Below, piece by piece: positions 12,733 through 20,000 of a stretch of 20,000 nt of DNA (position 1 is its first letter; each line of letters starts with the position of its first letter). The translations under genes were made by a program, and so were the position numbers. The DNA comes from Dimargaris cristalligena. Taxonomy: Eukaryota. Where the stretch lies: assembly GCA_003614675.1 (NCBI GenBank), contig ML002221.1:58021-78020 (forward strand), read 5' to 3'. Under the pieces are notes generated by a model. It saw only the letters and a list, made by a program, of their open reading frames with translations, was not told where the DNA came from and did no database searches.

Positions 12733-14920
12733 CTAGACGGGTAACAGTCCTTTGGTTATACCCCAAATGGCGGGTAAATTTGAAATGTGTTGCTACTCGG
12801 GTCAAGCTGACTCGCCCCCACAGTCAACTCAAATCAGAATCTAAATAGAACAAGTTGGTCACGACAAGGGTGTCATTCATCAACTTTTCACATACACACA
12901 TCCATTCAAACATATATATTTATTTAACTGACATTTTGGCTTCCCTTGATAATACTCAATGAAAAAAAAATAGGCTACCACGTCCAACGAATGCCAAAAA
13001 GGGAATCATCTAGCCAAAGGGTGGGTGCAGTTATGTTTGGCTGGAATACATGTTCAAGCATAATTTGGTGGGCAACGTGGCTATTCGACCATATTCGACC
13101 AGCTTATCAGATGTGAATGAATGAATAAGCAAATGCGAGAGTGGGGTGTATCAACGGGCATTGGTTGAATGAGGCGGTAAACCAACACCTGTACTTGGCG
13201 GGTGTCCATTGTCACCTCTTTTGCATCTATTTTTTACATAAAAGATAATGGTAGAAGACCAGATCCCAAATGGCCATCGCTAAGTTGAGGTTGGACAATA
13301 TAATTCATACCTAAGGCAGTGTACTCTCTTGCTCGATAGATCGAACGCTTAATGGCTCAGATAGTCGAAATTGGCGGAAATTCAATACACTAGACTGCTG
13401 TATCGACATGGGTTGAAACAATACTGTAAATTAAGTGAATTTAAATTCAGTCAAATTCAAATGGCTCCCCATTATTTCGACCAACTGCCCCTGTGGCTTT
13501 AAGTTACTATTGACGGCCTATTTTTTCCGAATAATCAATTTCGCCATAGCTACAATACGCAGATTGCAATTCGATTAATTCAACGATACTGCTGCCAACG
13601 GGGGCAGAAACGGCGGTGATACTGATTCTAAATAAGCAGTACTTGAGGGGGAATTTGATTTATTTCATACTGTCAGTGTTCAAGTAGGCAATTTACGTAA
13701 CCAGGGATGTAAATCATAGGCGAAGAGTTATTTCCGCGCCAATGGGCATGTAGTTTTTTTCGGAGGGAGAGTAGCGCCCACTGGTTAAGCTGGGTATATC
13801 ATGCTGGAATCTCACCAATCCGACAGCCGATTTTGAAGAGGGATGTGGTGGTGATAGTGCTTGGTCACAAATTATGGAGGGCTGTATTAACCATTAAATC
13901 CAACAGTGTGGTAGTCCGCATATGGGTCGTTCTCACTTTTTATTGATATTAACCTGGGATGCGAAGAAGAGTGTCACCTCCTACCAATCAACCATAAAAA
14001 TAAGCACAGCTACTAATCCAACCCAGATACTAGCTTGGAATTCACGGTAGGAACGGCCGACAACATATGTCGGAAAAATAAATAGCCGGGTGGCCCCATG
14101 AAGGGGTTGCACGGTTCCACTGACTAGCCCTACTCAGTGCCAGCCGGATTTATCATTTACATCGACCGGGATCCAATGGTTTCCTCCCTACCAGCGAGTC
14201 AGAAGGCGAATTTGGTTAGCGGATGACCGCTGACCACTACCATTAGACGATAGGTTGGTGGCACTGGCTAGTTATTGCAGCTCCCCTTCTTCGAATACAC
14301 CCACACATATGCCGCCACCGCCACTAATAGCGCCGGCGGTTTATCCACTCACACCGCCCCACCCCCTTAACTTGTACCAGGTTCAATTTAACTGGTTTTT
14401 AATTGACAAAACTGTCGTCCGCCTAACCACTAGATGGTGCCTAGATGATAACATGGAAATATCGCCAGAGCCGGCGGTGCCAAAGGGAGTTTGTCCATAA
14501 TGATGTGGAGGAGGCCCCTTGAGGAATATCCGGGACAGACATACTTTAGTGGGGGGCGAAGAGGCTTTACTCAGTAAAGCGGGATGGAAATCACCCCGCT
14601 ATTGTTATTCGGATATTTTCTGCTGGATTTTGATATATATTTGTTTGGTCCAGATGGTTCCTTTTAGTAAATAGGATTGCCGTCGCTATTCTTACCCAGT
14701 TCTGTTCCGTAGGACCAAAGACCGATTAGTTGAGTGGTAAACGTATCGGAGGGATTAGCTAGTTGCCAGCAACACCGCGGGGGACCCACCCGAAGGGGAT
14801 TGTGGGCAAATTAACGTGAATCTGAACAGTTGATTTAATCTCCATAGTAAAGGGGGGACATATTTTTCGCCGTAGGCCAATCCTTACCAAACGCGGCCGG
14901 GGTACTGACATCATCGGTAA

Positions 14921-14946
14921 GGGGAGGGGGGGTCGGGGAAGGGGGG
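14921..14946 (+). other. G-quadruplex-forming motif
   Basis: GGGG-A-GGGGGGG-TC-GGGG-AA-GGGGGG: four runs of at least 4 G with 1-2 nt loops. Confidence 0.6.
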
Positions 14947-15692
14947 ATTCCTAGCTCATTAAAAGTCCAGTGGACTAGTGGGCATCACCATAATAATAAT
15001 AAAATCGATAGGTACAGGATGATGGCAAACCAATATAGAGCGCCAAGGAACGGGGAAGAGGGGGGAAGGGTGCTGAAACAATAATAGCGAACCAACACTA
15101 TCGTGATCCACTGCACTCGGCAGCTGGTACTCATGAACTGTGGGGTTGGTGGGGATGAAGACGGGTGGCCCAGTGGTTTTGTGGGCCGGGGATTTCCATA
15201 TTGCTTTTTTGTATTATTATGAATAGGAAACTCCACTTTTAACCGCATCTCGCCCTTTTCCGTCCACCTGCCGCACTTTTAGGGGAGCATATTTAAGCTA
15301 TTGGCTCGCCCCCCCTCCTCCAAGATCCTGGGATATGCATTATCTATCTTGGTACATTTTCTAGTTAATTTTATTTCCCATTCTCTTGCACTAATTCTCC
15401 TAAACCCCCCTTTGGGATGATTTCTTTCGAATTGCATAGTCTAAATCCCCCATCTAGCCAAACCCGAAATTGGACAATTCCTATTAATCATTGCCATATC
15501 AACAATAGTCAAATATTGCCTGCTATCATTGATACCACCATCCCTTTTTTCTAGATTATTTATACCTGATATCTGCCTGCCTCTCCTACCTCCACTATAC
15601 GCATACACTCTAGCACTCATTGTATGCTTAGTGTTGTAGTTCTCTATACGCGCATACTGTCTGCTGCATCGTTTAAGTTGCTTACATCGAGA

Positions 15693-15704
15693 TATATATA
15701 TAAA
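15693..15704 (+). promoter_or_regulatory. Putative TATA box of the Myb/SANT-like gene
   Basis: TATATATATAAA followed by a strongly pyrimidine-rich + strand and a GTGAGT donor ~90 nt downstream. Confidence 0.5.
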
Positions 15705-15792
15705 GCCGAGCCCCGGGTAGCCGGCTCCCTTTCTTTGGCCGCGTTTCCTTGTATCCTTATTTTGGCAGCTCGTCGGTTTCGCCGAGTGCTGT

Positions 15793-15925
15793 GTGAGTCT
15801 TAGCTTGGCCCCGATTCTACCTTTCTATTATCTCTCCGTTCCCTTCTCCTCCTGCGTGCGTGTGTATGTGTGTGCGTGTATGCTTATGTGTACCTTAACC
15901 AGCCCCTCGCACCGTGGTTTCTCAG
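15793..15925 (+). other. Predicted 5'-UTR intron 1
   Basis: Donor GTGAGT (15793), branch CTTAAC (15894-15899), acceptor TTTCTCAG (15925). Contains a TG-rich tract and three upstream ATGs (15866, 15880, 15886). Confidence 0.45.
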
Positions 15926-15965
15926 CGCGCCCCTTCTCTCCTGTTCATACTGCCACGGCCACACT

Positions 15966-16023
15966 GTAGGTGCCGAATTCTCCATCCCCTGACTGCTGCT
16001 GACCCTGTCACTATCACCGCTAG
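15966..16023 (+). other. Predicted 5'-UTR intron 2
   Basis: Donor GTAGGT (15966), branch GCTGAC (15998-16003), acceptor CTAG (16023). At 58 nt it is a typical fungal intron size. Confidence 0.45.
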
Positions 16024-17566
16024 TTCACCTTATTATTATTCCCCTAAGCAGACCGGCTGTGGACTTTTTTTTAGTTATCTTGTTATTTCATACTGCCCAT
16101 CCCCTCCCTCCCTGCCTGTCGAGTCATCTCTGTCGCTTTGGACGTGCGCTGGTTTGACCATTGCAATACTCACACACACATGGTATTTAGCCGCCCCTGA
16201 ACCTAGCCCCTATTCCCGTACTCTGACGTAATTGTCACACCTCCCCTCCTCTTTGTGCCGGTTTGCTGTTAGTTGCCTATATTGTGAATTCGTCGCCCTT
16301 TTCTGAATACCTAAATTTTGGTCTCCCCTTACCGCACCCCTCTTATTCCTGGGTATAGAGATATTTTCCTCTGTCTCATTTGTAAAGGCGGCTGGTCCGT
16401 GGTTGCTTTATCTACCTACCTTTATTCATTTTTTCCATTAGTTTGGCCTAGTACCCTGCCACTCAATTTTGGTCCCCTGCTGGCCTTTATATGTGTGTGT
16501 GATATAATATATATCGGACTGAATCGTGGAGTTTTGACTATTAGTGGCTTTTTTGACCCTAATTGACTGTGATAGTCAATTGGCCGCCTGTGACGTACTT
16601 TTTGGCGACCCGAAGCTGCAGCAACCTTTCCCCCCCTTTTTCCATTATCTGTATATTCAGCCATTCATCAGTTTCGGACACTAGCGAGCACGCGTGTTTC
16701 GTCGATTCTCTCTCACTCGTTCCTTCACTCTATCCGCACAACCCTCCCTTTTATCCTGCCACCCCTCTCCTCTTCTCTCTCTTTCTTCTTTTGCTTTTAA
16801 TACTATTATCTCTACAATTCTTGCTTGGTCCGGTTTTAGGGTCACTGCCGATACTGTCTCCCCCCTAACCTTTCCGTCCCCCCTTTTCTCAGCTGCCCCT
16901 TGGTTTCACCCACGCATTTGGCTGACCTTGCCTACTTTTTTTTTACCACGCGACCTACACTTTCGGAGAATTAATTGCAGAGGTTTCGGGGGTTTATGTG
17001 TCTCCCCACGTCTTTCGTCAGATACCCCTGCCCTAACCGCTTCCCCCTTTTCTCCTTGCTCAGTCCTCCCTTCTTCCTTTCTCCTTTCCTTTAGCTGTTG
17101 ACTACTATCTAAATATCTCTCTTTTAGACCTTTTACTTAATTCTTGTACATTTGCCTATCTCTATACCTTTAGCTCCACCTAGTCCTGTTGTTTGGTGCT
17201 CAGTATTAATTTCATTACAGCCTGCCCAACACTCTCTTCCTGTCCAGCCGTGTTATTTGCTTAATTCCACCCTCCACCTGTATCACTGACTCCACCCCCC
17301 TTCGATATTGCCTCTTCTATGCCCGCCTTTTCCTATTTACTTCCAGCCCCTTTTCTAGTCGGTCACCACAGCTGACTGCTTCGTCTTTTAAACCGCCCTA
17401 TCCCCCTGGCATCCCGCTACAGGTCCCTTAAACTGTTCGCCGTAGCCCTCCCTGTATCCTTAGCCCGCGCTAAAATCCCCTCTTCTTTCGACTTTACTTC
17501 TAAACGTTCTTTTAACCTGGTACCAGTCGTGCTCTCTCTCTTTTCCTTTACCCACCCGCCTCCACT

Positions 17567-19330
17567 ATGACCAAAAGCGATTCAGAGCCAGCACCGTCGG
17601 AGGCGGTGGACGCTGGTAGTCCTCGCCCTTCTACCTCGACTCAGTCACGGGGTAATAATCGGGTATTTTTTACTGCTCGGGACGATATCGTTCTTTTACG
17701 GGAAGTCCTGGTCGAGCTGCCGTACCAGTATAAATACGGTGGCAAAATGTCCTCGTGGAGTAAAGTGGCGAATCACTTCAACTCGCTCACTCAACAAACT
17801 GTCAGTGGTCAGAGTTGCCATGAGCGCACCGACCGGCTTCTGACCCACTACCGCTCGGGTAACCTTAGCACTCTAAGGCGGCGCAGTTCGCTAGAGGAGC
17901 AGCGGGAAAAGGAGAGCCTGCTGGAAGAACTCAACAACCGAGTCAAGACCTGCAGTCGGTTCCGGTTATCTGCCCGAAGGTCCACGTCACAGCACCACCG
18001 CAAGCACACTGGTCACCCCTATAGTGCTTCGGAGGGCTACACCACGCGACGGAGCCATACCACCCCCCAGCTCCATGGGCATGGACCCAACCATAGCCAT
18101 AGCCATAGCATGCCCTTACCTGCTTCCTACGAGACGCACCATCGACTGACCCAGCATTCTTCCCCGTCCACCTCGGTGCCTTCTACTGCCACACCAGCCC
18201 ACCATTCCGACCATGGCTTAAACGGTGGCGGCAATCCTCATATCTCCTATCCTTCGACCCTAACCTCTTCCACGATGGCTGCTCATTACCCTCAACCACC
18301 CGGGTTATCCAACCTCACCAATAGCCCACCTATTCCCCGCCATGCCCGGGTGCCATCGATGCCCAGCCCTTCGGCAGCCGCTGCGACTTTAGTCCAAGTG
18401 GCCTCTGCATCCCTTCCTCCCGTTAATACCATGGTCCCACCGCCACCGCCATTACCACCTCCTACCTCGGCAGCGTTGTTGTCCTCTGGTCCCGGTCCCG
18501 TTGTGCATCACCATCCTATGGCTAGCGGGGTTACGCTACCCAGCCTAACCCCGCTGACTACCGTTATCGCCCATGCCCAGCACACCGAGTCCGCCGCGGC
18601 TATTCTGTCGGCCCTACCCGCTGTATTGCCCCCACCCAGCACCCAGTCAGGCTGGCCGGGTGGTATGGTGACGGGTGGAAACCCTGGAAATAGTACCAAC
18701 CTAGGAACCGGAGGCCCGTCTATACCCGGATCAAACTCGGCAGCCACTCCAAATGGGCCTCTCCCCTCTAGTGCTTCTTTAAGTCAGATGTCCGGGCAGT
18801 TAAACGTCGCTCCACCGGGTAATATTTCTTCCCACATGACTACCCGCAAATATTCCCAAGCCAGTGATATGACAGGTTATGAATCCAGCGCCTCTTGTCT
18901 TTCCCCCACCTCACCCTGGTCCCCCTCCCACTCTGGCCCACTCAGTCGTCTATTCCTATCAGGTCCCCGCGCTAATGCGACCCACTCCCACGTGCCGCAT
19001 AGTGGCAACGGTCCCTCCGCTTCGACTATGGCGCCCAACACCGGTGATTTTCATCCCGAATACGTTCCCCGCGCCCTTCTTGAGGATTATATGGAACTCC
19101 GCCAACGTGAGTTAGAGTTGCAGGAGAAGCGTATAATCGCTGATGAACAAATGATGATCAAGGCTGATCAGCGTGACCGGGAGCAAAAGGAATTCATGGA
19201 GGCACTAATTAGCCGCCAGAATCAATTCCTCGAAAAACAGTCCCGGTCGTATGAAAAGTTACTTCATCAGCATATGGATTTTTGTAAAAAGTATTTCACC
19301 GACCGCAACACCAACCAAGAAATTAGTTGA
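17567..19330 (+). CDS. Myb/SANT-like (trihelix / Harbinger-associated type) DNA-binding protein with C-terminal coiled coil; probable transcription regulator, 587 aa
   Basis: The only long ORF in the window. aa ~32-125 (nt ~17660-17941) read FTARDDIVLLREV..P....G...W.KVA..F.....VSGQSCHERTDRLL..Y......EE..EKESLLEEL, which fits the Myb/SANT-like family pattern. aa ~130-495 are Pro/Ser/His/Gly-rich and probably disordered. aa ~498-577 (YMELRQRELELQEKR...EQKEFMEALISRQNQFLEKQ) look like a coiled coil. Confidence 0.9.
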   Translation: MTKSDSEPAPSEAVDAGSPRPSTSTQSRGNNRVFFTARDDIVLLREVLVELPYQYKYGGKMSSWSKVANHFNSLTQQTVSGQSCHERTDRLLTHYRSGNLSTLRRRSSLEEQREKESLLEELNNRVKTCSRFRLSARRSTSQHHRKHTGHPYSASEGYTTRRSHTTPQLHGHGPNHSHSHSMPLPASYETHHRLTQHSSPSTSVPSTATPAHHSDHGLNGGGNPHISYPSTLTSSTMAAHYPQPPGLSNLTNSPPIPRHARVPSMPSPSAAAATLVQVASASLPPVNTMVPPPPPLPPPTSAALLSSGPGPVVHHHPMASGVTLPSLTPLTTVIAHAQHTESAAAILSALPAVLPPPSTQSGWPGGMVTGGNPGNSTNLGTGGPSIPGSNSAATPNGPLPSSASLSQMSGQLNVAPPGNISSHMTTRKYSQASDMTGYESSASCLSPTSPWSPSHSGPLSRLFLSGPRANATHSHVPHSGNGPSASTMAPNTGDFHPEYVPRALLEDYMELRQRELELQEKRIIADEQMMIKADQRDREQKEFMEALISRQNQFLEKQSRSYEKLLHQHMDFCKKYFTDRNTNQEIS

Positions 19331-19692
19331 TTTATTCACTTGACCCCACACTTTGCCGCTTACCACTCGCCAGTTCATGCCTACCATTGTCGTACCCATC
19401 CTAGTTAAATCCGAACTTACTATTATCCGTTTCACTAATTTTCTTCTTAAAATCAAGCGCCTTAATATATAGTCTTCCATTGTGTTTTCCCTTCGGTCAT
19501 GACACATACCGCTTATTAATATTTCCACCCCACTAATAACACCTCTTTTTCCTGGTCAGGGAATATTCAAAACAGGATCTAGCTGAGTAACTATTGTGGA
19601 AATTAACAGACATGGCGAGCCAGATAATACAGGTTACGGAACCCAATGGTTAAGAGTTACCGAGATGATACTAAAATGCGGAGAAAAATTAC

Positions 19693-19697
19693 AAAAA
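19693..19697 (-). terminator. RNA polymerase III oligo-T terminator of the tRNA gene
   Basis: AAAAA on + reads TTTTT on -, starting 5 nt after the tRNA 3' end. Confidence 0.75.
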
Positions 19698-19701
19698 GCA
19701 A

Positions 19702-19773
19702 CTCCGATACGGGGAATCGAACCCCGGCCGTCGCGGTGAAAGCGCGAAATCCTAACCATTGGACCATATCGGA
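19702..19773 (-). tRNA. tRNA-Glu(TTC): tRNA-Glu (anticodon TTC), intronless
   Basis: Reverse complement is TCCGATATGGTCCAATGGTTAGGATTTCGCGCTTTCACCGCGACGGCCGGGGTTCGATTCCCCGTATCGGAG. Acceptor stem TCCGATA/TATCGGA, anticodon arm TCGCG-CTTTCAC-CGCGA, T arm CGGGG-TTCGATT-CCCCG. No encoded CCA. Confidence 0.98.
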
Positions 19774-20000
19774 TTGTTATTTTTATTGTGGTAGGACCTG
19801 AGACCACTTAGTTAACCATAGTATTCCTTTTCTATTTTTCTATCCTTTTATCAATGAAGTCCTGATTTATTATTTTATAGCCTTGCAATATCATAGCAAG
19901 TGAGAAATACATCAAATATCATTCGCATTTATATTTGATATCATCATTAGCCAGATATATTCGTAAACTTGTCATTATTTATCAATCCAAGCAGTAATAC

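Noticed and set aside
13082..13101. Tandem duplication TATTCGACCA x2
   Set aside because: Only two 10-nt units, consistent with replication slippage. Not an array.
149..15248. The many 60-110 aa ORFs in the ORF track
   Set aside because: They are short, many start at GTG/TTG, several run through homopolymers or microsatellites, and none shows a recognisable domain. Those at 3792, 4145 and 4990 are treated only as possible pseudogene fragments.
16561..16581. Hairpin AATTGACT-GTGAT-AGTCAATT in the leader
   Set aside because: An 8-bp AT-rich stem with no riboswitch (e.g. TPP) core motifs nearby.
15914..17101. Overlapping hydrophobic ORFs (105, 82, 101, 135 aa) resembling membrane proteins
   Set aside because: They have non-ATG starts, and their Leu/Phe/Ser/Pro richness and lack of stops follow directly from the C/T-rich composition.
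18508..19528. Alternative-frame and antisense ORFs overlapping the main CDS
   Set aside because: These are shadow ORFs of a GC-rich coding sequence with no independent support.
1..20000. CRISPR arrays, rRNA, spliceosomal snRNAs, prokaryotic operons
   Set aside because: I saw no spaced direct repeats or diagnostic rRNA/snRNA motifs by eye, and the organisation is eukaryotic. An Infernal/Rfam scan would be needed to exclude divergent ncRNAs.

Overview
Eukaryotic DNA, most likely fungal (inferred from short predicted introns with CTAAC/CTGAC branch points, a eukaryote-type tRNA and small TG...CA LTRs). The window is gene-poor. The only convincing intact protein gene is a single-exon 587-aa ORF (17567-19330, +) with an N-terminal Myb/SANT-like domain, a long Pro/Ser/His low-complexity middle and a C-terminal coiled coil. 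It is followed convergently by tRNA-Glu(TTC) (19702-19773, -). Upstream lie a TATA box (15693-15704), a ~1.85 kb pyrimidine-rich, ATG-poor, probably multi-intron 5' leader, and ~10 kb of unique non-coding DNA that includes a CCAAT/CCAATCGGC cluster. At 2978-3530 and 4386-4969 are two related solo LTRs in inverted orientation, each with its own 5-bp target-site duplication. They sit in a ~2.6 kb domain almost devoid of CpG that also covers what looks like a decayed host gene. I found no clear novel multi-gene system. The best leads are the inverted solo-LTR pair with spreading CpG decay and the orphan Harbinger-type Myb/SANT gene with a very large upstream region. All counts and alignments were done by hand.
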